Part shown: in pieces, positions 24,860 through 37,977 of the stretch | How the letters are laid out: each line of letters starts with the position of its first letter | How positions within the stretch are numbered: position 1 is the first letter of the stretch | Assembly: GCA_023213395.1 (NCBI GenBank) | Contig: CM041465.1 | Coordinates: 133,493,741 to 133,557,740 of the forward strand | DNA from: Cycas panzhihuaensis | Taxonomy: Eukaryota; Plantae; Cycadophyta | Reading direction: 5' to 3' | Length of the DNA: 64,000 bases | Translations under genes and position numbers: made by a program | Notes under the pieces: model-generated | What the model was told of the DNA's origin: nothing | The model's input: only the letters and a program-made list of their open reading frames with translations | The model's database searches: none

Positions 24860-27800
24860 AAGGTTGAGTTGCCTATGGAACTATTTAAATTTCACCCTTT
24901 GTAGTAGTTTGGTAAATATATCTACCACTTAATCTACTATGAGGAAGTACTCTAGTTGAATTATGCCACCGGGAACTAGTTTTCAAATCCTGTGGACTTT
25001 TTTGCCATGTGCATTACTAATTGATTATCCATATAAAGACTAATAGGACTTATTTTGGTGATATTTAATATTTCCAATAATTTCCTAAGCCACATCACCT
25101 CCTTACTAGTCTCAAAAGTAGTAATATATTTAGATTTGGTAGTTAAATCAACAATTATCTTCTACTGTTTGGATCTCCATGATATTACTGTTATTCTAAG
25201 AAACATTACATACCCAAATATGGATCTCCCTATGTCTTTATCTCTAGAAAAGTTTAAGCCTATGTATCTATATAGTTTAAACTCTGAATTAGGTTCATAC
25301 AATAGACCATATTTGTTGGTCGTCTTAAGGTAACTTAATACTTACACTGTTATTTACCTGTGATTCTACTTAGGATTTATCATATAATGAGAAAGAATAC
25401 TAATAGAGTATGCAATATCAAGACTTATATTAGTAGTATAGATGAGACTACCTATAAGTTATCTGTAAAGTATTATATCTACCTCTCGATCATCGCCATC
25501 AACTATCGGTTTGACATTGGGTTCCATTGGAGTGGTTATAGTTTGAGCACCTTCCAACTAAAACTTTGTTAGAAGATCATTTATATACTTTTCTTGAGAA
25601 AGGAAGATTTTACCATCTTTCTAAGTAACTTTAATCCCCAAGTAGTATTTCATCAACCCAAGGTTAGACAGTTCAAACATTTTAGCTAAGTTCTTCTTTA
25701 ATTAGTTGATTACCTATTCATTGTTCCCAGTTATAAGTATATCATCCATAAAGATTAAAAGATAAGTGACTTTATCTTTTTGGCATTTGATGAAAAATGT
25801 TTCCCCAATATCCTGGTAGTCACAAATATCATATCCAAATCATCTCATTATTTCTGATAACTTGGTGAACCAAGCATGAGGGGCTTGTTTAAAGTCATAT
25901 AAGGACTTTTTGAGCATGCACACCTTATGCTCTAGACTAGCAATCTCAAATTCTTTAGGCTAGGCTATGTAGATTTCTTCTTCAATATCACCTTTAAGAA
26001 ATGTAGTTTTAACATTGAGTTGGTGAATCTTCTAGGCCTATTGAGTTGCCAAGACCACAAGAGTTCTAATTGTGGGCCACTTGGTCATAGATGTAAAAAA
26101 TCCAGTCTAGTTGATACCTTCCTTTTATATAAATCCCTTTACTACCAACCTTGCCTTGTGTTTTTTAAGGGTGCCATCATATCTATATTTATTTTTATAT
26201 ACCAATTTATTTTGATGAGCTCCCATGTACTATTTTTTATAAGAGATGGATACTCTTTATTCATGGAATTCCTCCAAGCAGTGTGTTTTATAGCTTCTTA
26301 GTATGAGAGAGGCTCTTGATTGAGAGCAAGATGCAATTCTACAGGTTCTAACTCAATGAAAAGTGATTCCTACATCTTGGCTTTATAGGCATTTTGAGTG
26401 CCAATTTTATCCACCTCATCAAGTTATATCTCTAACTACATGGTCTTAGTTTGGATCCTACAAAGGATCATTTTATATATTTGTTGAGGAGGATGTTAAC
26501 GTATTTAAGGAAGCATGGTCCATCTGCTATTGCTTTACCTTTGTCAACTCTACTATACTCGAACAATAGCACATGATGTACACTCATTGGTTTAGAGTCA
26601 CAGCTACTATTCTCCATGGAACTATTATCAGATTCCAATAGTTTAAGTAACTCTTGAGTGTCTTCCACCCCAAATTTTAGAACCTGCACATCATATTAAG
26701 TAGTATCATAATAATGATGGTTTAGTGTTTTGGAGTCCAATTATAATAATTAATTATTTGTTTTAGTAAACACCATGTCTCTGCTAATGATAATCTTCTA
26801 TTATGAAGGTGTAAGTACCTTGTACCCTTTCTTATCCATAGGGTATCTAATAAATATGCCTTTAAGTACCTTAGGCTAGAGTTTATTTTTATCTCTATCC
26901 AATATATAGGCATAACATATTAAGCTAAATATTTTAAAGTACTAGGTAGTGGAGGCCTATCTAGTCCACTTTTCTTTAGGAGAAGTTCCTCCTTTAGATG
27001 GGTTGATAGCATTTATATAATAAATAACTATCCAAATTATTTTCATCTATAGGTAAGTAGGTACATTCTTATAAACTAACATAACTCTAGCCACATTCAT
27101 AATAGACCTGCTCATGTACTTGGTAACTCTATTATGTTGGGAGATGTCTGCTATTATAGTATGATGCTTAACTCCATTAGCTCTTAGATAGGTTTCAAAC
27201 TTAGTAGAGGTATATTCTCCACCATTATCTATTCGTAGATACTTAATCTGATAACTTAAGTCCTTTTTTAGTGTGAGCTTTAAAATCTTTAAAGACACTA
27301 AATGCCTCATCTTTCCGGGTTAGAAAAGCCACCCACACTTTCCTAGTGAAATTATCAATGAAGGATATGTAATATAATTTTTATTTTAATGATGGAATGG
27401 GCATTGGTCTATATAGATTAGAGTGTACTAATTGAAGAGAATGACTCAATTTCTACTACTTATTAATAAAGGGTTATCTATGAAATTTGGCTATGATATA
27501 AGCTTTACATTTAAAGGGCTTAGAGAAGAACTTGGATAGACTTGGAAGGTTGTGACAAAGATCTCTAAGTTGATTGATATGAGCATGGCCCATGTGAGTA
27601 TGCCAAAGAGCTTTTATGGATAACTTAAGCTATGTTAAAGTGGTATTAAAAGTAAAGTCTTCATGATCACAAGGACTTTGAGCATAGCTAGCTTCAGAAG
27701 ATGGGAAGCCATTCAATCTAAATAATTTACCAATAAGCACTCCAGTCAAAACTACTTGATTTGTTAGAGGGTGAATGACCTAGAAAGTTTGGTCATTTGT

Positions 27801-28766
27801 AGTAACACTAAGATCAAATCCACAGGAGAGAAGAGTAGATAAGGAGAGTAAGTTTTATTTCAAATTAGGAATATACAGGACATCAAGTAATATGAAATCT
27901 CTCATGCATGGGTATTTTAACCATATGTTTTTAATACCTTCGCCTAGTTATTAGGATTTATCGACCATATGAATGACACCATATACATTGGAATCAAAAG
28001 TTTGATATAGATCCTGATTATAGGTCATATGCTATTTCACTCCTATATCTATAATCCATAAGGAGGTGTTTGAAATTATGTTATTTGTAACTCTAAGAGG
28101 GGTTTATATTAGTGATTTAAGATCACAAGTGGCATAGCCAAAATGGGCTTCAAAATACCTCTTAGTTTGATCAATAGTTCTTCCCTCAAGTCTTTGAATG
28201 TGTACTTGAGCGAAACCTATACCACCAAACTTTTCTTCATATATTTCATCAACATTATGAGCCTTGTATTTCTATTAAAACTTAGGCAACTTGTATGCAG
28301 GTATTTGACAATCCTTTGCAAGATGTCCTTTCCTATTATACCTTTCATACCTGATAATCTAATTTCTAGTTCTTGAAGTACTAGTTTGCCCTGACTGTCT
28401 TACATTAAAAGGTGGCACTTGGCCTTGAAATTATCTAGGCTACTATTATTGAGGGTTCTATTGACCTTGTATCTAATTTCCTCTACCCCTTGCTTGATTA
28501 TTTCCTCTACCATGAGAGGGACCTTAATTATTTGAAAAGCATATTTTTTCTGCTATGTCAAAAGCTACATCTAGAAGAGGATCTAAAGTTACAAAATTAG
28601 TATCAAAGGTCTCATCAAATTCTATAAACTTCTTTGCAAGAGCTTCAAAGTTAAGTGTCTTGAACATTCCACTTGATTGAAGACTCCCAAGCAAGTTTTT
28701 ATAATCAGATATATATAGATAGGACTGTATAAGGAATGCCTATGTAATACATTGGGTCTTAAAATC
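24860..28766 (-). pseudogene. pol: Copia B gag (C-terminal part)-PR-INT-RT-RH pseudogene
   Basis: Motifs as listed for copia B; many stops and frameshifts. Confidence 0.88.
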
Positions 28767-28915
28767 TACTAAGATGCCACTCTTTAATGATAATTACAAA
28801 CCAATATAACACGCAAATAATTCAAAAAAGAGAACTTCTATTACAATACGCTTTGAGGGGAAAACCTCCCAATTACATATAATAAAAATGACATTTAAGA
28901 TATCCTACTCTAAAG

Positions 28916-28917
<2 letters not shown>

Positions 28918-28992
<75 letters not shown>
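28918..28992. repeat. (TA)n microsatellite, 75 bp, inside the chromovirus 3' LTR
   Basis: Directly visible; only a short imperfect tract at the matching site of the 5' LTR (~34608-34623). Confidence 0.95.
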
Positions 28993-28994
<2 letters not shown>

Positions 28995-29209
28995 CTCTAT
29001 GCTCACTACACAACTTCCTACATGTGCATGTCAGATATTATATGAATAGATCTAGTACTCAATAACCACTACACAACTTTCTGCTTATGCATGTGGGATA
29101 TTAAGAAGAGGGAAGTGGTAGAAGAAATAGAAGATATAAGAGAAAAGAAGTAGAAGATATAAGAGACTATAAGAGAAGGTAAGTTAGGGGTTGGATCCCT
29201 AACAAAGTC

Positions 29210-32200
29210 CCCTCTTAAAAATGTTTTGCCCTCAAATCTTGCTAATCTCAGGATGCTCTTAGATAAATTGGCCATTCTCCCGTGTTGCATCTTCTCATGG
29301 AAGTTGTTTCCATTTGATGAGATACTCAATGATTTGCTTGAATCATAGATGTCAAATTCTTCGATTGATGATATATTTTGGAATGAGCTGAAGTTGCCCC
29401 TTCTCATTTAAGATAGGTAATTCTATTTGAACTTGTACTTGTTGCCCAATTACCCTCTTAAGATATGAAATAAGAAAGATATTATGGATCCTTGATGGTG
29501 GTGGTACATCCAAGGCATATACAACTTCACCAATCTTCTTGAAAATTTTGTAAGGCCCATAAAATCAAGGTTGTAATTTATATTGCCCATCCCATTTAAG
29601 AGTTACTTTCTTGTATGGTTGCAACCATAAGTATACCCAATCACTTAGTTAAAATACGCATTCACTTTTCCCTTTATCTACCTATTATTTCATTTGATTT
29701 TATACAAGGTTTAAATTTTCCTTGAGTAACTTAAGAATCTATGTTGTTTATTGGATGTGATCCTCAACTGCTTAAACCTTAGAACTAGTTATGGCATAAT
29801 TCTTAAGTGTAGGTGGTTCATATCCATATAATGCTTGGAATAGAGTCATTCCTAATGATACATGATAAGTTATATTATACTACCATTCTGCTAAAGGAAG
29901 CCAATGATGCCATTAGCCCTACTTATTTAAAGCATAACAATGAAGGTATCCTTTAAGGAACTTATTAACCACCTTAGTTTGACCATATATTTATGGATGG
30001 TAGGATGAGGTCATTGTTAATTTGGTACCAAGTAGATAGAAGAGTTTTATCTACAAGTTATTGGTGAACTTAGGGTCCTTATCATCAATTATATATTTGG
30101 GCATGCCATGTAACCTGTATATATCCTTTAAAAAGATCTCAACAATTTGCTTTGCCTTATATCTGGATTGAATACGACAAAAATGAACACATTTGATTAG
30201 CCTATCAATAACCACAAGTATAGCATCTTTTCCTTCTGACTTGGGTAGACCCATGATAAAGTCTATAGAAATTTCTTCCCATCATTGATTTGGTATGGGA
30301 AGGGGTTACAGTAATCCTTGAGACTTGATTATTTCTATCTTATATTGTTGATAAATTTCATATGAGGAAACATATCTCTTTATATCTGTTTTTTTGACCT
30401 TCCAAAAGAAAGGTTATTTTAAGTAGTGGTATGTCTGTAGGAACCCTGAGTGACTTACTATTGGAGAGGCATGTGCATCATATAAAATTTACTCCTTAAG
30501 GCTAGAGTGAAGGTATATATATTTGATTCTTATACTAAAGAATATATGTAGACCATGTATAATAGGTTGAATATCCTACCCTAGCTTGAAGGTCTTGAAT
30601 GATCTAGTTTGTAAAGGGGTCTCGATCCTATTCTTGCTTGGGAACTACTATCCATGAGGGATTGATCATGGTGATAGAATATAGGGTAGAGCCTTCTTCG
30701 TTACAAGACAAAACATCAACAACTATATTATCCTTGCCTTTTTTATATAAGATTTCAAAGTTAAAATCTAGAATTTTGGTGACCCATTTTTATTGTTCCT
30801 TAGATGTTGTCCTTTAAGTTAGGAAATATTTTAAGCTATCATGGTCTATTTTAATTTAGAAATATGTTCCCAATAAATATTGTCGCCATTTCCCAACTAC
30901 ATGAAGAATTTCTAACATCTTTTTTCTCATAGGTGGATTTGACTTATTCCTTAGATATAAGTTGATGACTTGAAAAGGCTAAAGGTTTCCCTTCTTTCAT
31001 TAAGACTGCTCTAATATCTTGCCTCGATACATCACATCCAATATTGAAGGTCTTTATAAATTCTGGTGTTGCGAGGATTGGTGTGGTATTTAAAGCCACC
31101 TTTAGGTATTCAAATGCTTCAAAGGCCTTATCATTCTAATGAAAAGAATTCTCTTTTAACAAGTTGATTAAAGGGGAAGAAATCCTTCCATAGCCCTAAA
31201 TAAATGTTTGATAATACCCTGTGATTCCTAAGAATCCACGAAGGCCCTTGATGTTTTTGGGTTTAAGCTACTTCGTGATAATTGTAATTTTCTTAGGATT
31301 TACCTTGACTCCTTCTTGAGAGATAATATAGCCCAAATACTCTATTTTTGTTTGTCTAAATTGACATTTTAATTTTTTAGCATAAAGATTCTTATTTACA
31401 AGCACCTGTAATGCCTTATCAACATACTGAAGATGGTCTTCCCATGTACGATTGAAGATTAGAATATCATCAAAAGAGATTAACATGAACTTCCTTAAGT
31501 AAGGTTGAAAGAGTCTGTTCATGAGTCCTTGAAAGGTAGATGGGGCATTAGTCAAGCTAAATAGCATGACTAAAAATTCATAATATCCTTCATGTGTATG
31601 AAATATAGTTTTATGAGCATCCTCTTCCTTGATCCTAATTTGATAGTATCATGACTGTAAGTCCAATTATATGAAGAATATTACTCCATAGAGTTCATCC
31701 AAGAGTTTATTGATGACTAGTATAAGAAATTTATCCTTCATGGTTATCTTATTGAGCTTGTGGTAGTCTACACACATGCAAAATGAGCCATCCTTTTTTC
31801 TCACTAAAATCACTAGGGCAGAAAAAATACTTTTACTTTCCCTAATAGTGCCAATATTAAGGAGTTCTTGAACTAGTAATTTAATTTCATTCTTTTACTA
31901 ATAGGGGATTAGTATGGTCGAATACAAGGAGGATTACTTCCAGCTACTAGGTCAATACTATGATCTTAATTACGTACTAGGAAGAGACCTTGAGGAATGT
32001 CCTAAAAGACTTGGTTATGGTGGTGAAGTACCAATTTTAAGTTATTTAGTATGCCATCATCTTGGAGAATGTCCCCTTCTATTAGAAGTTCCTAATCTTC
32101 TAAAGCATAACATTTGGTAATGATTCCTATACTACCCTTTTTAATAAGCCTCTCCATATGGTGTGAGCTAATGATTTGGGTTGGAGGAGGAATGATCCCA

Positions 32201-33594
32201 TTCAATTAATAGTTAATTCCTTCAAAAGTAAATTAGATGAAGAGCTCTTGTATATTTAGTTAAATGGTCCCTAGTGGTTTGAGCTATTATACCCCTAGTA
32301 TAGCATTGACTCCTCCAATGGGAATGGCATACATAGAAGTGGAGAGGTGATTATCACCCATTTATAACTTGATGTTGTGGAATTATTCCCCATAAGAGAG
32401 TGTCCCTCCATTAGCCACTATAACCTAGAATTTTTTGATAGGATATGGAAAATAGTTGAGTTCTTTAATAAGTTTCTTATTAATGAAATTATGGATGCTC
32501 CTAGAATCTATGAGGATAACCACCTTCATTTTCTTTATGTACTCAATAAGTTTGAGTGTTTGTGGGGCCACAATTCTAGTAATGGCATGCACAGATATAG
32601 TAGTAGCATCATCTTCTTCCTTCTCAGGTGGATCACCATCATTATATTCTGGCTCTAAGGAGGTTTCCTCTACTAGTGCATCATCTTGGACATCCTCAAT
32701 GATGAATAAGTGTCATTTAGGATACTTATGTTCTTTATTCTACTTTTGGTTACAATGAAAACATTACCCTTTCAACCATTTTTCATCCATCTCTTGGGAA
32801 GTCATTTGTCGCACACTAGGAACCTGAAATTGTGGTCACTTTTTGGGGAATATTTGTGGGAGGGGTCGAGATGCCTTATTTTTTGCTTCAATATGTTAAG
32901 CAAAATTGATAGTTATAGAGATATTATTAGGTTTTATGAGTCGTAACTTATGTATAATGTCATCTCATAACCCACTAATTTACAACTTAAGTAATTTATT
33001 CTGACAAAGACCATCAACCCTTATGGAGAGATGTTAGTATTCTTCTATATAAGCTAAAACAATCCCCTCTTATTTGACTTTAGCTAACTAGTTAAAGTGG
33101 TCATGATCCTAGGTACTATCATATTGAGTTGTAAGATCCTTAACAAAACCGTCCTATTGATAACTGCACCCACCAATTATTTTCATAACCCATTGGTACC
33201 ATTGGTAAGGTTTAAATTCTATGTATAGAGAAATAAGAGAGATCTACTTGTCCACTGGAACTTGATGAAGAGAAAAGTATTATTCTATTTGGGTGATCTA
33301 GGTATATACATCTTTGCCATTGAACTTCTTAATTTCTACCTTAGGAAGGAAGTTAGGACGGAAATGCCTACCATCATTATCTTCATCTTCTTTAGTAAAG
33401 AAACCCCCACCTATATGAGTAGTATCATCAAATTCAATATTTTCTTCCTTAAAGGATTTTATGGTTGTGAGCTCTAGCATTACTACTTCAAATTTTTCAT
33501 TGAAATCAATTTAGATTGATAATATATCTCCTACAAGTTATGTGACAGTATCATTGAGATCTTGAGTCTAGTTACGATTCATCTTAGGGGCCAT
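29210..33594 (-). pseudogene. gag-pol: Chromovirus gag-pol pseudogene with C-terminal chromodomain
   Basis: gag PKVEIKKFNGKD...PYQWYQW; protease LIDSRSIHNFI ~32500; RT ORF 31268-31567 (FDDILIF); integrase ORF 30051-30254; FYGPYKI ~29555; chromodomain EYLIKWKQLP*EDATRE ~29280-29330. Confidence 0.93.
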
Positions 33595-34784
33595 TTATTC
33601 ACAAGACCTAAGTTGAATAAAAAGAATTTGATAGGATGTCTATAGACTGTTATCCCTAATGTTTTACAATGAGGCAATATGAGTTTTTTTCTTTTTTTCT
33701 TTTTTCTTTTTTTTACTTTTTTAGTCCACTAACTATGTGTGTATGAACTGATAACAGATTAGCTAAACACACCAGATTTAAAAAATTAATAATAACTAAC
33801 TCATCGACTAACTAAGTACGCATAGACTACTAATAGACTAACCATGTATACTAGGTATGAGATTATTTGGTTTGTAGGCGCTCTGATATATAGATCCTAA
33901 TCATAAATAGTATCGACTTACGAAGGCTAACAATCTACTCTATAGTCATACTATCTCATCTCTAGGGTACATGGAGAGTAACTTTTCAGTGATAACCACT
34001 TACTAGTACACTATAAATTACAAATAGTTAATAGGTTTCCTATGGTTACATATACTGGGAAGGCCTATATAGAGGATCCTCCTATATACCTATAAGTACA
34101 TGGAGGCACAATTTTGTAGCTAAGTTCTGTCTAAGGCTCGATTCAAGAGTGTGATCTCTAGTCCCTCACATAAAGGATGGAAAAGCCACAATGTGCTTAG
34201 CCTAAAATAGTAGAACCTTATGATATTTATAGACCTTTGGCATAGGGTCTCTATCTAAACACAAAAAAAAAAACTACCACTATGCAATGTTAAGGTAGTT
34301 TCTTGATTGTAGTGTTGTCTACCCCCAAAAAGCAAAAAGTGACTAAGTAGAAATTAAATAAGAATAGGTACTAATAAGAAAAACTAATGGAAAAAAATTA
34401 ATTATTTAATACCTTTAACTCTCCTAAAGGGTAAGGATCAACAACTCTGATACCACTTGGTAGGATACCACTCCTTAATGATAATTGCACACTAATATAA
34501 CATACAAATAACTCTAAAAAGAGCACTTGTATTATAATATCGTTCGAGAGGGCAACCTCCCAATTACATGTAATAACAATGACATTTAAGATATCTTACT
34601 CTAAGGATTATATATTTATTTATGGCTCTATACTCACTACATAACCTCCTACTTATGTATATAGGATATTTAGAAGAGGAAAAAAGTACAAGAAATAAAA
34701 GATATAAGAGAAGATAAAAGAGAGAAGAAGTAGAAGATATAAAAGAAGGAAAGAGAAGGTAAGTTAGGGGTTGGATCATTAATA

Positions 34785-35254
34785 AAATATTTATCTATTA
34801 CTTGCTTGATTGGTTAAAAGAGGTTGATTTTTTCATATGCATATCTCTTCTGCATCTTCATCTTATTCATCTTTAATACTAGATAAACAAATTCAATATC
34901 AGACTTTGTATCAAAATTCTTTTTAAGAACCTTGAGGACTTTCCAAGTTATATCATGTTGTTCTTTATCAATTAGATTGTGTAAAGAGTGATTAGTCACC
35001 AATAGAATACCTACACAAATCTTCTCATCCTTGATCTCATTTTATAATTTACCTATAGGATCTGCTAGAGCTATAGGTGGCATTCCTCCAGAGGCAGGTA
35101 CCGTTGTTGTCGTAGAGATGACAAGTGTAAGCTATATATAGGCTCTCCAAAGGCCTTCATACTTAGCAACATTCTTGACTCCTGTATACCATAGATCCCA
35201 ATTATCTTTCCCTTTTAAGATGTAGTTTACATTCTACTTAAATTAAGAAGACAT
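34785..35254 (-). pseudogene. gag: Copia B gag N-terminal part
   Basis: LKGKDNWDLWYTGVKNVAKYEGLW...ITWKVLKVLKKNF; joins in frame to 28761 and below once the chromovirus is removed. Confidence 0.85.
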
Positions 35255-36049
35255 GGTGAAGATGATAAAGTAAAAAAGATAGTGAAGAAATAGTAAACAA
35301 AATTTTCACTTACACATGTGGTTGATACACCTAACACAGGAAGGAGTAATATGATTAAGTATAAAGTAATAATAATAGGCCACTAATACTTATGGAAAAT
35401 ACTCTTGACATAATAGGATTTGATGATATGTATAAACGACAATATAAAGATCATAAAGATAAATAATATGTCATGTGATCATAAAATCAAGATTACGCCC
35501 ATGTAGAGGCTAGCATGTGAATGCACATAACTAAAAAACCAAGTCTAATGTAGGATGTGTAATCAAACCCAAAACTCTATTTCAAGTCCAAAGTGGTTGA
35601 GGTGTCGATACCTAAAGGGGCTTCTAGTATATGTATTAGGGCCTTCACATGTGATTCCCGCACCTATACTTGGTAATGAAATCCAAGTCACAATAGAGTG
35701 TAAGTACTTCTAGTCCTCACCCAGTTTACCAGTGAGTAGCTATATACCTCCTCTAAAGAGTGAAATGATACATGTGTATCCCACAACTATGATAAATATT
35801 AGATCAGGTATAATTTAATCTTAATTAGAGTTTTCAGTTTTTCTTGGTGGTTATTAGGATTATCCCTAATTGGAGGCCATAGGTATGGCTAACCTGTCCC
35901 TCCACCACTATTTCGATTAAGACAAGACCTAGTATGAAATTCATACCTCTCTTAAGTCTCATACTTCAGTCAATAATGGTTTATTTCAACCAAAGTAAAT
36001 GTGCATACAAGTCAAGAACTAGTAGTATAAGTCATAGGGATAAGATTCC

Positions 36050-37977
36050 TTTTAGGAAATAATGTAAGTTATTTTCAAATAACTTGAACTAAAAACTAAA
36101 ATGGAAAGATGTCAAATGTACTTGCTTGTCTTCTATGCTTACTTTGTCATTTTTACTACTTTATATGTTACTTTATGCTATATGTGGAAATAGAAAGAGC
36201 ATGTTAGATTTAGCAAGGGAACTAGATATTGCTTCCAATCTAAGGTTTTCTTTACTTTTGTATAATGTTTCCAAATATAATTTTGGAAATTTTAATACAA
36301 AATCTATAAAGGTCCAAAAAGGAGATCAACTTACTACTAAAATATTGATTTTTATAAATCTAGATGCATGTTATTTTATCTTATTTTATGATTTTTTTTC
36401 TACAAAATTTATAAATAATAATAAATGGGTAAAATTTTCTAAAAATTACAAATATAGAGGCATAAATGATGGAATTTAAATTTATGACAAAAAGAAAAAA
36501 GTGTTTAGAATATCGTTTTTGATAAGATAATGAAGTCAAATTTTTGAAAAGACAAATAAATTCTGCCTAAAAAAAACATAAAAGTGTAATCTTACCATAT
36601 TCACTATCTCAAAATCTAAACCTCAATATGTTATAACCTTTATCTTGACACATACATCAGCTTTTCCTTCTATAGTAGCTTTGAAAATGACTAAAAAACT
36701 ACTTGAAATACCCTTGAAATATTTTTTATGGGGTTGAATAGGTAGATTCAGTATCTTTCAAAAAATTATAAAGATCTCATTAACCAATGGATGAAATTTG
36801 ATGATTTTTATCTCAAAATTCTCTAAAGACATAAATCTACTAGATCCCTTGAAAAGGATTTCAGATTTTTAGCTTATATTTTAAGAATTTCATTAAGGAA
36901 AGTGTTGTAGGTAACTCATCTATAAATTTTAACCTTTTATTTTAGCTAAAATTGGTTATTCCAAGCTAAATCTAAAGATGCTCTAGAAGATAAAAATGAT
37001 TCTTTTATCCCTTATACTCTGAGTAGTATATTTTCAATGTTATAGTATGACCAATCGCTTTCCACATATGTCTAAACCAATCAATCCTACCTATCATATG
37101 CTTAAAAGCTCCTAAACTAATGTACCATACATCTTTGGAACTACTTTAGTTAGCTATCAAGAAAAGTATTTTTCCTATATGAAATGAGCTAGATGATTCA
37201 TCAAAGAGATATCCTCTATCTTCCTTCATTTTCTAATTAGCATGCCATTTGCTACAATTCCTTTTGAAATTGCCTAATTTTTTACAATAAAAACACAACT
37301 TTTGTTAATCTTTTTAAGTGGGAAGTGGTTGTTATTAAGTATCCTTATTAATAATCTTTTTTCCTTTTGATTTAGCTAAATAAACCCTTGAGAATTCTCT
37401 AATACTATCTACTAAAATCTACTCATGTTGTAGAAATAATGCTTCTAACTCATTAAAGAAGGTTTTCTATGCCTTATCTAATAAATAAAAACATATTATA
37501 AAATTATCAAATTTGCTTGACAAGCTTCTAAGAATAGCTCCTATAATATATTTATCATTTATGACTTCTTTGACATCTTCCAATTGATTGCTTATCCTCT
37601 TAACCACCTAAAGATGCTCTGCTTAAGAACATATCATTTTTAAATTGTATAATTAATTATTTAGTATCATGGTCCTTGTATCATTCTTCATTTCAAAGAT
37701 AGAAATAATTGAATCCCATGCCTCTTTAGGTGTCTAATCCTTTTTTACATTTTCTACTAGAGAACTAATGATAAACATGTTTATTAGGCCTAAGGAACAA
37801 TTGAACTTGCCTTTGAATTTTGCCTTTTTCAATGTTATAGTAGCATTTTCATCTAATTTTGATACACTCCCTTGTACCAATGGCCATAGTCTATTCATTC
37901 ATAACAAGTTCATCATTTCATATTTCTAGGTACTATAATTCTTAGCACTAATGAGTTTGTTTGTAGGGGAAAATAGA
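36050..37977 (-). pseudogene. gag: Copia-type gag pseudogene (copia C) with a long C-terminal extension and no pol following
   Basis: FSPTNKLISAKNYST*KYEMMNLL*MNRLWPLVQG...TPKEAWDSIISIFE...LYNLKM; decayed Zn knuckle ~37050. The first codons appear to lie beyond the inserted chromovirus at ~51175-51186. Confidence 0.8.

Larger units (their letters stand above)
28767..34784 (-). mobile_element. Full-length Ty3/gypsy chromovirus (Reina-like size), inactivated
   Basis: LTRs 34458-34784 (5') and 28767-29204 (3'). PBS ctctgatacca 34445-34455 (reverse complement TGGTATCAGAG). PPT 29205-29216. TSD AAATC/AAATA. Domain order gag-PR-RT-RH-INT-chromodomain. Confidence 0.93.
24138..35400 (-). mobile_element. 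Decayed Ty1/copia element (copia B) interrupted by a chromovirus; 5' LTR not identified
   Basis: 3' LTR ~24138-24409 with PPT (plus strand atcctcccctt 24410-24420). RNase H D*VVDIFTK ~24920; RT ~25400-26330; integrase IKYLRIDNGGEYTS (ORF 27047-27310); protease ~28050; gag ATG at 35254. Confidence 0.85.

Noticed and set aside
25055-33477. Plus-strand ORFs (25055, 25360, 26020, 28143, 31914, 32377, 32456, 32710, 33262)
   Set aside because: Antisense shadows of minus-strand copia and gypsy gag-pol.
33879-33891. Second PBS-like motif gctctgatata in the chromovirus A leader
   Set aside because: Lacks the TGG end and no adjacent LTR with a partner could be shown.
35400-36050. Candidate 5' LTR of copia B or 3' LTR of copia C
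   Set aside because: No alignable similarity to 24138-24409 or 52616-52921 and no clear PBS or PPT; left unassigned.
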